Counted from the stretch's first letter, positions 19,682-30,954 are shown. The stretch is 64,000 bases of DNA from Clostridiales bacterium (GCA_017513085.1 JAFWDK010000010.1:1-64000), one strand, 5' to 3'. The notes: generated by a model from the sequence alone, not told the origin. Made by a program: numbers and translations.

Positions 19682-20546
19682 ATGAGTCATACTTATCAAG
19701 ACTTACAAAACTCCCACCCGTGTTTCGGGGGCCAGAAAAACAACGCCGGAAGGATCCACCTTCCGGTGAGCCCCGGGTGCAACATCGCTTGCCGATTCTG
19801 TGACCGGACCATAAACGATGTTGAGGAACGGCCGGGAGTGACATCCAAGGTGTTAAAGCCAGCTGAGTGCGAAGATATTTTGACAAAAGCACTGGAGATC
19901 TGTCCTGATATCAAAGTGGCCGGTATTGCCGGTCCCGGAGATACACTGGCATCCGATAATGCACTAGAGACCTTTCAAATCATCAAACAGAAATTTCCAC
20001 AGTTGATCAAGTGCATGAGTACGAACGGACTTCTTCTGAATGAAAGGGCGGAAGATGTGATCCGGGTAGGGATAGATTCGTTAACTGTGACCGTAAATGC
20101 AGTAGATCCTGAGATCGAATCAAAGCTTAATGCGTATATCATCTATCATGGTGAAAAGATCGAAGGCGTGGAGGGCGCGAAGATACTTATCCAAAACCAA
20201 CTGGAAGGTATCAGGAAAGTATCTTCCGCCAAAATCACGGTCAAGGTCAATACAGTGCTTGTTCCGGAAATCAACGGAGATCACATCGAAACGATCGCCA
20301 AGACGGTAAAAGAAGCAGGAGCGACGATCTACAATATCATTCCATTGATACCGCAGCATGAGTTGAAGGATGTAAAAGCCCCGACATGCGCACAGATCGA
20401 CGAAGCCCGAACCAAAGCATCGAAATACATCGATGTATTCAGACACTGCCAGCACTGCCGCGCGGATGCGGTAGGAGTACCGGGAAAGAGTGAATATGGT
20501 GATCGGATCTACCAGAGAAGACTCGGTGTGAAGGAGACATTTTCAC

Positions 20547-20554
<8 letters not shown>
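19682..20554 (+). CDS. nifB: NifB-type radical SAM cofactor-assembly protein (SAM domain only)
   Basis: HPC, RIHLPV, CNIACRFC, ERPG, IAGPGD, STNG and CQHCRADAVG NifB motifs. Confidence 0.88.
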
Positions 20555-21769
<1,215 letters not shown>

Positions 21770-21805
21770 TTATTTAAATATCACATATTACAGGAGGAAC
21801 ACATC

Positions 21806-22822
21806 ATGGGAAAGATTTATAATTCCATCACAGAACTGGTCGGACATACCCCGATCGTTGAATTTAAAAGACTTGAAGAAAAACTTGGCTTGAAGGGTCG
21901 CATTGCCGGAAAACTCGAATACTTTAATCCGGCCGGATCCCATAAGGACAGAATGGCTCTGGAAATCATCGAGGCAGCGGAAAAGCGAGGTGAAATCAGC
22001 CCGGATAAAACAACGCTTGTTGAGTTCACAAGCGGTAATACCGGAGTAGCAATGGCTGCTTTTGCCGCGGCAAAGGGTTATAAGTTCAAGATCGGTCTTC
22101 AGAATGGTGTATCGGTCGAAAGACTGAAGCTGCTGCAGGCATATCAGGCAGATATTGCCGATGTACCGCAGGAGCTGATCGCAGGCGTTTTTGAAAAAGG
22201 TATTGCTGCATTTGCAGATGTTATTGAATACATGGAAAAGGGCGTGGAGCATCCGTTCTCTACGCGTCAGCTCGATAACCCGGATAACATCAATGCACAC
22301 TATAAGCACACCGGTCCGGAGATCTGGGAAGATACTGACGGAAAAGTAGATATCTTTGTCGGTGGCGTAGGTACAGGCGGATCCACACATGGCGTAAGTA
22401 AGTTCCTGAAGGAAAAGAACCCGAACGTAAAAGTCGTTATCACACAGCCGCAGCCGGAAGACGTTGTCAATTCAAAGGTAGAAGGTGCGGAGGACGGCGG
22501 TTTCCATGGTATCCATCAGGTACATAACGACGACGGCCTGACCCCGATGGCTCCGACAAACTTTAATGGAAATCTGTCGGATGAATATTCGTTCATAAGT
22601 TATGCAGAGACACTCCGTGCGATCCACCTGCTTGCAAAGTACGAAGGAATCTTCGTCGGTGCTTCTGCCGGCGCATCCCTGGCTGTTGCCATCAAGCTGG
22701 CGCAGAAAGAGGAGAATGCAGGAAAACTGATCGTACCGCTCTTGCCGGATAACGGTGAGCGCTACCTGTCTGAGGATCTTCAGAATATCCGTCCGGAACT
22801 GGAAGAAAATCTTGCTTTCTAA
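21806..22822 (+). CDS. Divergent cysteine-synthase-family PLP enzyme
   Basis: NPAGSHKDR, EFTSGNTG, GVGTGGS and GERYLS motifs; HKIQGIG replaced by FHGIHQV. Confidence 0.85.
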   Translation: MGKIYNSITELVGHTPIVEFKRLEEKLGLKGRIAGKLEYFNPAGSHKDRMALEIIEAAEKRGEISPDKTTLVEFTSGNTGVAMAAFAAAKGYKFKIGLQNGVSVERLKLLQAYQADIADVPQELIAGVFEKGIAAFADVIEYMEKGVEHPFSTRQLDNPDNINAHYKHTGPEIWEDTDGKVDIFVGGVGTGGSTHGVSKFLKEKNPNVKVVITQPQPEDVVNSKVEGAEDGGFHGIHQVHNDDGLTPMAPTNFNGNLSDEYSFISYAETLRAIHLLAKYEGIFVGASAGASLAVAIKLAQKEENAGKLIVPLLPDNGERYLSEDLQNIRPELEENLAF

Positions 22823-22839
22823 GAAAAGGAAAAAAACAC

Positions 22840-24306
22840 ATGGCTATTAATCTTTCTAATTCGAATGTCGCCACCAGAGAAAACCGTATCGGTTCCATCA
22901 CAGGTTATGTAGGAACTCTTAAGGATCTGGCGACACAGAGTGAATGTGGAACATTGAAAGGCTGTTCCCGCTGTTTCTCACAGTCCAGTACATGTCTTTC
23001 TTCCTGCGCACTCGGACAGCTTTGCGGTATCCGTGATGTGGCTTTGATCCATCACGGTCCGGCAGGATGTTCCGTAGCGGCAGCCGGTGCCTATTACATG
23101 TCGAAAGTTATGTCAAAAAAGCGCGGCGTGACCAGTAATACGATCTATGTCGGAACCGACATGAATGAGAACGATACGATATTCGGATCGACCAATGCTC
23201 TTCGCAACGTTATCCTTGAAGTCAACAAGAGATATTCACCGAAAGCAATCTTCGTATCCAGTTCCTGTGCAACAGGTATCATCGGTGAAGATATCGACAG
23301 TATCGTAGATGAAGTCAGAGATGAAGTAGGTGTTCCAATTGTTGCGGTACACTGCGAAGGTTTTAAGTCCCGTATCTGGGCGACCGGTTTCGATATTTCC
23401 GATCATGCTGTCCTTCAGTCGATCGTACAACCACCGAGAGAGGGTGTAAAAACCAATAAGATCAACTTCAAAAACTTCTTCGAAAGCGCCCGTCCGGAGA
23501 TCATCGAAATGTTTAAAAAGTTCGATCTGGATCCGGTATTCCTTTACTGTAATTCTACTGTCGAAGAACTTTCCCATATTTCTGAGAGTCTTGCTACCAC
23601 ATGTATCTGCGGAACCTTAGGTAACTACCTGGGTAATGCTCTGGAAGAGAAGTATGGTGTTCCTTATGTAAGATCGATTAACCAGTGTGGTATCGTTGGT
23701 TTTGAAGCTTGGCTCCGTGAGATCGGTAAAGTAACAGGAAGATCCGAGCCGATCGAGAAATATATCGAAGAGCAGCGCGCGATCTATCTTCCTCAGATCG
23801 AAGAGGTCAAGAAAAAACTTCAAGGAAAGACAGCTGTTCTGGGCATGGGTCCCGGTTATACATTCGAGGTATCCCGTGTACTCAATGAGCTTGGCATCAA
23901 AGTCGTTTGGGCTCTGGCATGGCACTATGATAAGAAGTATGAAAACGGTGATGTACCGCCGTCCATGAAGTATCTTCTGGATAATGACATCGATTTTGAG
24001 GCAAGTGTTGCCGACCAGCAGAATTATGAGGTTATGAATGTACTTCATAAGTATCAGCCGGATATGTATCTTTCCCGTCATCCGGGTTCCACGGTATGGG
24101 CGATCAAGAACGGCACACCGGCTATATATGTTGCAGATGAATACATGATCTTCGGCTATAAGCATACACTTGAATTTGCCAAAACGATCGTAGATGCAAT
24201 CGAGAATAGAAGCTTCGAAGAGAATCTTGCGAAGCGTACAAAACTTCCTTACACCGACTGGTGGTATCAGCAGAATGTGGATAAATTCCTGGAGGAAACG
24301 AAATAA
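22840..24306 (+). CDS. Nitrogenase component 1 alpha-like subunit D1 (MarD-like)
   Basis: P-cluster-type Cys in FSQSSTC, HGPAGC and SSCATGIIGEDID; CEGF; cofactor-type Cys in CICGTLG. Confidence 0.85.
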   Translation: MAINLSNSNVATRENRIGSITGYVGTLKDLATQSECGTLKGCSRCFSQSSTCLSSCALGQLCGIRDVALIHHGPAGCSVAAAGAYYMSKVMSKKRGVTSNTIYVGTDMNENDTIFGSTNALRNVILEVNKRYSPKAIFVSSSCATGIIGEDIDSIVDEVRDEVGVPIVAVHCEGFKSRIWATGFDISDHAVLQSIVQPPREGVKTNKINFKNFFESARPEIIEMFKKFDLDPVFLYCNSTVEELSHISESLATTCICGTLGNYLGNALEEKYGVPYVRSINQCGIVGFEAWLREIGKVTGRSEPIEKYIEEQRAIYLPQIEEVKKKLQGKTAVLGMGPGYTFEVSRVLNELGIKVVWALAWHYDKKYENGDVPPSMKYLLDNDIDFEASVADQQNYEVMNVLHKYQPDMYLSRHPGSTVWAIKNGTPAIYVADEYMIFGYKHTLEFAKTIVDAIENRSFEENLAKRTKLPYTDWWYQQNVDKFLEETK

Positions 24307-25604
24307 TGGCGAAACTATTAGACAAGCAAAGATATAAATGCGCACTCGGCGCGATGCAGACCGTTCAGGCGATCGACCGGGCACTTCCGATCCTTCACTC
24401 CGGTCCGGGCTGCGCACAGAAACTTTCTGAATCCACAGGAAGCTCCGGTTATTTCTCTCCGAACATTTTCCCTTGCACCAGTATCAACGAAAAAGACGTT
24501 GTATTCGGCGGTGTAAAGAAACTGGATTCCACGATCCAGAATGCTTTGAAGGTTATCGATGCAGATCTCTATGTGGTATTGACCGGTTGTATCCCTGAGA
24601 TCGTAGGTGATGATTCCGGTGAAGTCGTATCACGGTACGAAGACGCGGAGAAGCCGGTGGTCTATGCTCCGACAGCAGGCTTTAAGGGTAATAACTACCG
24701 AGGTCATGAACAGGTCGTGGATGCAATCATTGACCAGTATCTCAAGAAGTCCGATAAGCAACAGAAGGGACTGATCAATATCTGGGCAGATGTACCTTAC
24801 CAGGATCTTTTCTGGCTCGGAAATCTCCGTGAACTGGAAAAACTCATCTCTGAACTCGGACTTACCCCGAATACGATCTTCGGCTATAAGCGTGGTATCG
24901 AGAATATCAATAAGATCCCGGAAGCGGAATTTAACCTCCTCGTATCTCCATGGGTCGGATTAGGCAACGTGAAGAAGATGGAGAGAAAATTCGGTACGCC
25001 GTATCTTCACTATCCGACTCTTCCGATCGGTGCAACCGAGACCAGCAAATTCCTCCGCGAAGTCGGAAAGTTTGCCGGCGTAGCAGAAGAAAAAGTGGAA
25101 GCCGTCATCAAGGAACATGAGGATTACTACTACTACCTGATCAGCCGATATGCAGATCTTTTCCTTGAGAACCGCGTTATCAACAAGCAGTTTACGGTGG
25201 TGGCAGATGCCCAGTATTCTCTGGCGATTACCAAGTTCCTGGTCAACGACTTAGGATTGATCCCGGCAAAGCAGTTCGTCGTGGATGATACCCCGAAGAA
25301 CTATCGTGAGGCGATCACAGAGGAATTCAAAAAACTGAATTTCGGTATCGAAGCAGAGGTTTCTTTCGAAACTGACGGATATAAGATCCATGAAGAGATC
25401 AAGTCGCACGATTATCACGGTTATCCGCTTGTGTTTGGTGGATACTATGAGAAGGAAATCACAGAGGACCTTAAAGGTAACTTTCTGAACATTTCCTGGC
25501 CGGTTCAGGATAAAGTCGTTCTTGACCGGTTCTACGCCGGATATGAAGGCGGAATCCGCTTGATCGAAGATATTTATACCGTTGCTGTTTCAAGATTCAA
25601 CTGA
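24306..25604 (+). CDS. Nitrogenase component 1 beta-like subunit K1 (MarK-like)
   Basis: RYKCALG, HSGPGC, EKDVVFGG, TGCIPEIVGDD and YAGYEGG motifs. Confidence 0.85.
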   Translation: MAKLLDKQRYKCALGAMQTVQAIDRALPILHSGPGCAQKLSESTGSSGYFSPNIFPCTSINEKDVVFGGVKKLDSTIQNALKVIDADLYVVLTGCIPEIVGDDSGEVVSRYEDAEKPVVYAPTAGFKGNNYRGHEQVVDAIIDQYLKKSDKQQKGLINIWADVPYQDLFWLGNLRELEKLISELGLTPNTIFGYKRGIENINKIPEAEFNLLVSPWVGLGNVKKMERKFGTPYLHYPTLPIGATETSKFLREVGKFAGVAEEKVEAVIKEHEDYYYYLISRYADLFLENRVINKQFTVVADAQYSLAITKFLVNDLGLIPAKQFVVDDTPKNYREAITEEFKKLNFGIEAEVSFETDGYKIHEEIKSHDYHGYPLVFGGYYEKEITEDLKGNFLNISWPVQDKVVLDRFYAGYEGGIRLIEDIYTVAVSRFN

Positions 25605-25624
25605 GAAATATTGCGTGGGAATAG

Positions 25625-25655
25625 GCCGGATACATGGAAGAAAAGTGTGTCCGGC
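25625..25655 (+). other. Intra-operon stem-loop between K1 and the second nifX-like gene
   Basis: GCCGGATACAT-N9-GTGTGTCCGGC 11-bp stem with G-U pairs and no long U-tract. Confidence 0.55.
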
Positions 25656-25689
25656 ATATTCTTAAAACAGAAAAGAAAGGAGTCCGAAT

Positions 25690-26154
25690 ATGGCTTATTA
25701 CATCGCAATCGCTTCTTCCAACGGGAAAAATGTGGATCTGAAGTTCGGTGAGACAAGACAGTTCTATGTTTACGAGATAGAAGGAAAAGATCTGGCGCTT
25801 AAAGAGATCCGATATGCGAAGGAGAAAGATGCACAGGCCGACGGAGCTTCTTCATGTAACGAAGGCGGAAATGGCGGATGCTCCGGTTCCGGCGGAGGAT
25901 GTTCCGGAAACGGAGGAGGCTGCGGTGGCGGAGCTGAGGTGATCGGTAAAGTTGCCTTGATCGAAGATTGCCGTGCTGTAGTTTGCAAGAAAGTTGGATT
26001 TCAGGCACAAAAGCAATTTGAGAAAAAAGCCATCTCGGTCTTCGATGTCGAGTGTAGTGTCGAAGAAGCGCTCGAAAAGATCACTTCCTACTATTATAAG
26101 ATCGATAACCGTCAATCACTTCGCTCTCGTGAAGTGCCGACGGAAGAAGTATAA
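25690..26154 (+). CDS. NifX/NifB-C family protein with a Gly/Cys-rich insertion
   Basis: IAIASSNG...KFG; insertion SCNEGGNGGCSGSGGGCSGNGGGCGGG; DCRAVVCKKVG. Confidence 0.8.
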   Translation: MAYYIAIASSNGKNVDLKFGETRQFYVYEIEGKDLALKEIRYAKEKDAQADGASSCNEGGNGGCSGSGGGCSGNGGGCGGGAEVIGKVALIEDCRAVVCKKVGFQAQKQFEKKAISVFDVECSVEEALEKITSYYYKIDNRQSLRSREVPTEEV

Positions 26155-26181
26155 AGCAGCAAGCAGAAAGGAGTTTTATAC

Positions 26182-27636
26182 ATGGCGAACGTGACGTATT
26201 CCGGTGTCAGAGAAAGCAAGCCTGGACGTCTTAACGACTTGGGTTCGACCGGACAAGAGGTCAGTGAAAACTTTAAAAAGGGATGCCTGAAGAGAGCGGA
26301 CAGAAGTTTTGCACAAGGACTTCAGTGCCAGCAGATCAACAGCCTGGCGGCTCTGATGTCACTGGAAGATGCAGTCTTCATTTCCCATTCACCACAAGGC
26401 TGTGTGGGATGTGCGATCATGGCGATCGATATGTATCGTGTCGGTCAGATCCATCGAGGCATCCGTAACGTGAAGAATCCGCGTCTGATCGTGTCCAATA
26501 TCGATCAGAAAAGCGTAGTATTCGGAGGCGAGAAGAAACTTCGTGAAGCCGTGAAAAAAGCAGTCGAGAGATACTCTCCGAAACTGATTTTTGTCTTTGC
26601 CTCCTGCGCATCCGGTATTATCGGTGATGATATCGATGCGATCTGCTCGGATCTTCAGACAGAATACCCGGACCCATTGATCATTCCGATCCATTGCGAA
26701 GGATTTAAATCGAAGATCTGCGCATCCGGATTTGATGCGGCATTTATTTCGATCAACAAGTATATCCTGAAGCATAAGAAGATCGAGAAGGAAGCTGGAT
26801 TGATCAATCTTTTTGCACCGACAACAGTCAGCTATGCTGACCAGAAAGAGATGGAGAGAATGCTTCAGCTTCTCGGTGCCAAGGTAAACTATATCCCGTT
26901 TTACAGTTCTCTTGAAAAGATCAAGAGGATCCCTGCAGCAGAAGCTTCGACTTCGATATGCAAAGTATTCGCAGATGAGTTCATGAAGACTCTTTATGAA
27001 GATTACGATATTCCTTATTCACATACGGTCATGCCGATCGGTATCCGTAACACGGATAAGTGGTACAGAGGTATTGCTAAGGTCATTGGAAAAGAGAAGG
27101 AAGTGGAGGAGATCATCGCCAAAGAACATGAGAGGATCGAACCACTTGTTAAGAAGCTTCGTGACCGTCTTAACGGAAAGCGTGTATTCATCTGTGGCGG
27201 TACAGGACGTTCTTTTGCCGCAGCAGCCCTGATCGATGACTTCGGCATGAAACTTGTCGGACTGGAAACCCCTACTTACGATGACGATGCACAGGTCGAT
27301 ATCGAATATCTCAATGGGATCCATAAGGACTTCGTCGTGGATATTGCGAACATGCAACCGTTTGAACAAGTCAATCTGGTCAATAAACTGAAGCCGGATG
27401 CTTTCATCGGCGTACCGGAATGGGCGGCAAAGCTCGGTATACCTACGACACATGTTCTGGATGGTAAACGTCCTACCATGGGTTACGACGGTCTTTTGTT
27501 CCTGGGAAACAAGATTGCCGATCAGTTGGAGAACCCGGGATTTAATAAGAAACTGTCCGAGCACGTCAAACTTCCGTATAAGGAATCCTGGTATCAGGAA
27601 GATGCATTTAAGTATATTACGAAAGGAGAAAACTGA
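26182..27636 (+). CDS. Nitrogenase component 1 alpha-like subunit D2
   Basis: FAQGLQC, HSPQGC, VVFGG, ASCASGIIGDDID, HCEGF, SICKVF and MGYDG motifs. Confidence 0.85.
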   Translation: MANVTYSGVRESKPGRLNDLGSTGQEVSENFKKGCLKRADRSFAQGLQCQQINSLAALMSLEDAVFISHSPQGCVGCAIMAIDMYRVGQIHRGIRNVKNPRLIVSNIDQKSVVFGGEKKLREAVKKAVERYSPKLIFVFASCASGIIGDDIDAICSDLQTEYPDPLIIPIHCEGFKSKICASGFDAAFISINKYILKHKKIEKEAGLINLFAPTTVSYADQKEMERMLQLLGAKVNYIPFYSSLEKIKRIPAAEASTSICKVFADEFMKTLYEDYDIPYSHTVMPIGIRNTDKWYRGIAKVIGKEKEVEEIIAKEHERIEPLVKKLRDRLNGKRVFICGGTGRSFAAAALIDDFGMKLVGLETPTYDDDAQVDIEYLNGIHKDFVVDIANMQPFEQVNLVNKLKPDAFIGVPEWAAKLGIPTTHVLDGKRPTMGYDGLLFLGNKIADQLENPGFNKKLSEHVKLPYKESWYQEDAFKYITKGEN

Positions 27637-27637
27637 C

Positions 27638-28927
27638 ATGTCTGAGATCATGGAAAATCCCAAGGGTGGATGTGTACTGGCCGGTATCAATTCGGTCCTT
27701 GGTGCCATTGAAAGAGTGTGCCCAATCTATCACAGCGGCCCCGGCTGCTGCATGCAGACATCTGCATCCGATCAAGGTCAGTCAGGACACAAATCATCCT
27801 GCTTTGTAAGCAGTGTGTCGATCCCTTCGAGTAATATGCTGGAGAAAGAAGTAGTCTTTGGAGGAACCAACAAGCTTCGTACGACGATCCAGGGTGCTAT
27901 CGATATTATCGATGCAGATGCATACTTTGTTCTGACAGGCTGTACGGCAGGTATTATCGGAGACGATATTGCCAGCATAACGAATGAATTTTCTGAAAAA
28001 GGTATCCCGGTCTATCCGATCGAAACACCTGGTTTTACCGGTGACAGCAATCTCGGATATGAGACGGTCTGGAATACATTCCTGGATAAGGTCATCGACA
28101 AAAATGTGCCGAAGGATGATAAACTCGTCAATATTTTCGGTATCATTCCGTATCATGACCCGTTCTGGAGCGGCACACTGGAAGAGATCGATCGTATCCT
28201 TTCCCGTCTGGGTCTTCGCGTCAATACGTTCTTTACTAAAGGACAGGGTATTGAAGATGTGAAGAAGAGTTCCGCTGCAGCGCTGAACATTATTGTTAAT
28301 CCGTGGCTTTTCAAAGGGCCTGCCGCAAAATACGAAAGCAAGTTCGGTGTACCGAGTCTTCGGATCCCAGGTTTGTTTGTCGGTGCGACAGATACGACCA
28401 GATTCGTCAGAAAGGTCGCAGAAACGCTGAATCTGGATAAAGATCTGGTGGAGTCGGTAATTGCTTCTGAAGAAAAATATGTATATCACTACCTTGAACA
28501 GTCTATTGGCGTATTGAGCTGGAAGCGCTTCGCTGTGGTGGCGGATGCGAATAATGCTATCGGATTTACCCGGTATCTTGCCAATGACTATAGTTTTACA
28601 CCGGTGCTGGTCATTGTGTCTGAACCGATCTTCCGTCCGGAAGATAAGGAGAGGATCATCAAGGAGATCACTGACCTTGAATATGCCCGCCCGCCGAAAG
28701 TTCTTTTCCTTACGGACCAGTATGAGATCAATAAAGCGATCCGTGAAGAAGAACAGGAGATCACGCTTCTTGTTGGTTCAAGTAACGACAGGGAGATCGC
28801 TCTGGAAAAAGATATCCAGTTCATCCTGGGAAGTTTCCCGATGAGCGAGCGTTTGATCTTCAACCGAACATATGCAGGTTATCGTGGCAGTCTGACGTTT
28901 ACGGAAGACATCTACGACAACAACTGA
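27638..28927 (+). CDS. Nitrogenase component 1 beta-like subunit K2
   Basis: ENPKGGCVLAG, HSGPGCC, EVVFGG, TGCTAGIIGDD and YAGYRG motifs; start at 27638 behind AAGGAG. Confidence 0.85.
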   Translation: MSEIMENPKGGCVLAGINSVLGAIERVCPIYHSGPGCCMQTSASDQGQSGHKSSCFVSSVSIPSSNMLEKEVVFGGTNKLRTTIQGAIDIIDADAYFVLTGCTAGIIGDDIASITNEFSEKGIPVYPIETPGFTGDSNLGYETVWNTFLDKVIDKNVPKDDKLVNIFGIIPYHDPFWSGTLEEIDRILSRLGLRVNTFFTKGQGIEDVKKSSAAALNIIVNPWLFKGPAAKYESKFGVPSLRIPGLFVGATDTTRFVRKVAETLNLDKDLVESVIASEEKYVYHYLEQSIGVLSWKRFAVVADANNAIGFTRYLANDYSFTPVLVIVSEPIFRPEDKERIIKEITDLEYARPPKVLFLTDQYEINKAIREEEQEITLLVGSSNDREIALEKDIQFILGSFPMSERLIFNRTYAGYRGSLTFTEDIYDNN

Positions 28928-28963
28928 CGGAACGATCCATCCGTCGTTTAATCTCACTTTGGG

Positions 28964-28993
28964 GAAAGAGACTGCTGTTCTGCAGTCTCTTTC
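28964..28993 (+). terminator. Hairpin (possible terminator) after K2
   Basis: GAAAGAGACTGC-tgttct-GCAGTCTCTTTC perfect 12-bp stem with a weak U tail. Confidence 0.55.
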
Positions 28994-29019
28994 TCTATGA
29001 TGTCTTTCGAGGTGAAATT

Positions 29020-29454
29020 ATGAGTGAATGTGAATATGAGATCATCGATTCGTGCGAAAACATCGATTTTGCAGAAGTCAGTGAACTGTTGAAGTTCTAT
29101 GGTCTTAGTGACCTGGACGGCGACACGCAGAAACGCGTCTTTCAGAACAGCTATGTGACGATTTTTGTGAAGAAAGAGAACGAACTGATCGGCGTGGGAA
29201 GGGCCATTTCAGACGGCATTACCCAAGGCGCGATCTATAACATTGCAGTGAAGGACGAATACAGGGGAAGAGGACTTGGAAAACGTATAGTAGATGAGAT
29301 CCTAACCAGGCTTGCCGGCTGCAACGTGGTCTTGTACACACATCCTAAACATATCGGACTATACGAACACTGGGGCTTCCGGAGAATGCGCACTTCGTAT
29401 GCCAAATTCGAAAGAGAAGAATACTTCGAACAGGAAGGCTTTTTCGTAGAGTAA
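29020..29454 (+). CDS. GNAT-family N-acetyltransferase
   Basis: LIGVGRAISDG, IAVKDEYRGRGLG (motif A) and LYEHWGF. Confidence 0.9.
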   Translation: MSECEYEIIDSCENIDFAEVSELLKFYGLSDLDGDTQKRVFQNSYVTIFVKKENELIGVGRAISDGITQGAIYNIAVKDEYRGRGLGKRIVDEILTRLAGCNVVLYTHPKHIGLYEHWGFRRMRTSYAKFEREEYFEQEGFFVE

Positions 29455-29460
29455 ATATGT

Positions 29461-29528
29461 TATAAGTTATGCTTATAGCTAACCATATAATCAAACGATT
29501 ATTCAAGAACGCTTTCCTCTGTTATCAT
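29461..29528 (+). promoter_or_regulatory. LysR-type box plus extended -10 promoter (lanC-like operon)
   Basis: TATAA-GTTATGC-TTATA (29461-29477); TGtTATCAT with the hexamer at 29523, 62-nt spacing. Confidence 0.75.
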
Positions 29529-29562
29529 GTGCGTAATAAGTGAGAAGAAAGAGGATACGACT

Positions 29563-30954
29563 ATGAGCAAGCTAGGATTTATAAGAAGATTTGAACCCCT
29601 CACACCTTCCCGGCTGATCGAGAAAGCAGTCGAGACCGCGGAGTGGATCGAACAATATGCACATGAAGAGGGCGATGCAAAATACTGGGACGTGCTTCCC
29701 GGAGGGGAACAGGAAGGATCATTCCTTCTGAGAGAAACGGGTATCTACGGTGGCGCCCCGGGACTCGCACTTTTCTATCTCCGTCTATATCAGGTGACCA
29801 ATGAAGAAAAGTATCTTCAGAATGCCAAGGCCGGAGTGAATTATGCGATCTCAAAATACAAAGGAAAGGAAGACTACGTTGCGCATACGGATTTCCTTCC
29901 GGGCGCATCCATCGGTTTCCTGAACGGTCCGGCAGGTGGTGCCTACGTGGCAAGCCGCCTCTATGAGATCACGGAAGAAGAAAAGTACAAGGAGTACGCT
30001 CTTCGTGTTACGGACGATCTCATCGCGAGCGCCAAAGAAGAGGACGGGAAAATCTTCTGGTACGGAGATTACGGCATTATCGGAGAGGGCAGCCTGATCT
30101 TGTATCTGGTGGATGCCTACGAGACGTATGGGGAACAGCGGTTCATCGAGGCCGCGAATAAGGGCGCCAAGTATATCGTCAGCAAGAGAGAAGAAGCACC
30201 GGTCGGCGGATACCGCTGGTATGCGATGGACACAGAGAAGTTTCCGACCATCGGAAAAGCCGGCGGATATTTCCCGGGCTTCGAATATGGTGCGGCCGGA
30301 TCCGGATATATCCTTGCCACAGTATATGTGCATACCAAGGATGAAGAATTGCTGGAGACCGCAAAAGGTGCCGCCACATATATCCAGAACGTTGCCGTGT
30401 ATTCGGAGGATCACGAAGCCGCGCTGGTGCCGTATAACGACACATATCTGCAAGGACTGTATTATCTAGGTGTATGCCAGGGACCGGTCGGTACTTCGCG
30501 TCTGTTCTATAAGCTTTACGATATCACGGTGGATGAGACTTATAAGAAATTCATCCTTGCGCTCACAAACGGAATCCTTGCGACCGGCGCACCGGCAAAA
30601 CATTCGGAAGGTTATTGGAGGACGAACTGCTATTGCTGCGGTGCGGCAGGAATGTTGGAGCACTTTATCAATATCCATAAGCTTACCGGAAACGGTGACT
30701 ATCTGAAAGCGGCAAAAGATGCAGCCGAGACTTTGATCGGTGAGTCGACACATGATTTCATCAAGAACCATACCAACTGGTACACGCAGTGGAACCGTCA
30801 TGAACCATGGAAGTCGGAAGCGTATACCGGCCTGTATCACGGAAGTGCAGGTTGTGCGTCCTCGCTCATTGCGCTGGCCCAATATCTTCTCGGTGGAACA
30901 TATGGACCATCGTATCTGGAAGATCCATACCGGAATCTATACGCAAGGATCTGA
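29563..30954 (+). CDS. Stand-alone LanC-like (lanthionine synthetase C family) protein
   Basis: Repeated GxxG helical-toroid motifs GIYGGAPG, GFLNGPAG, GFEYGAAG, GVCQGPVG, CYCCGAAG and GLYHGSAG. Confidence 0.8.
   Translation: MSKLGFIRRFEPLTPSRLIEKAVETAEWIEQYAHEEGDAKYWDVLPGGEQEGSFLLRETGIYGGAPGLALFYLRLYQVTNEEKYLQNAKAGVNYAISKYKGKEDYVAHTDFLPGASIGFLNGPAGGAYVASRLYEITEEEKYKEYALRVTDDLIASAKEEDGKIFWYGDYGIIGEGSLILYLVDAYETYGEQRFIEAANKGAKYIVSKREEAPVGGYRWYAMDTEKFPTIGKAGGYFPGFEYGAAGSGYILATVYVHTKDEELLETAKGAATYIQNVAVYSEDHEAALVPYNDTYLQGLYYLGVCQGPVGTSRLFYKLYDITVDETYKKFILALTNGILATGAPAKHSEGYWRTNCYCCGAAGMLEHFINIHKLTGNGDYLKAAKDAAETLIGESTHDFIKNHTNWYTQWNRHEPWKSEAYTGLYHGSAGCASSLIALAQYLLGGTYGPSYLEDPYRNLYARI

Noticed and set aside
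27398-27637. 80-aa N-terminal extension of K2, and similar extensions of several track ORFs
   Set aside because: They overlap the upstream gene; downstream ATGs with a good RBS give the family-typical starts
29563-30954. Lanthipeptide biosynthetic cluster using the Cys/Ser/Thr-rich 28-aa peptide as precursor
   Set aside because: No dehydratase, protease or dedicated peptide exporter is adjacent; the peptide is 11 kb away and is better explained by the attenuator geometry
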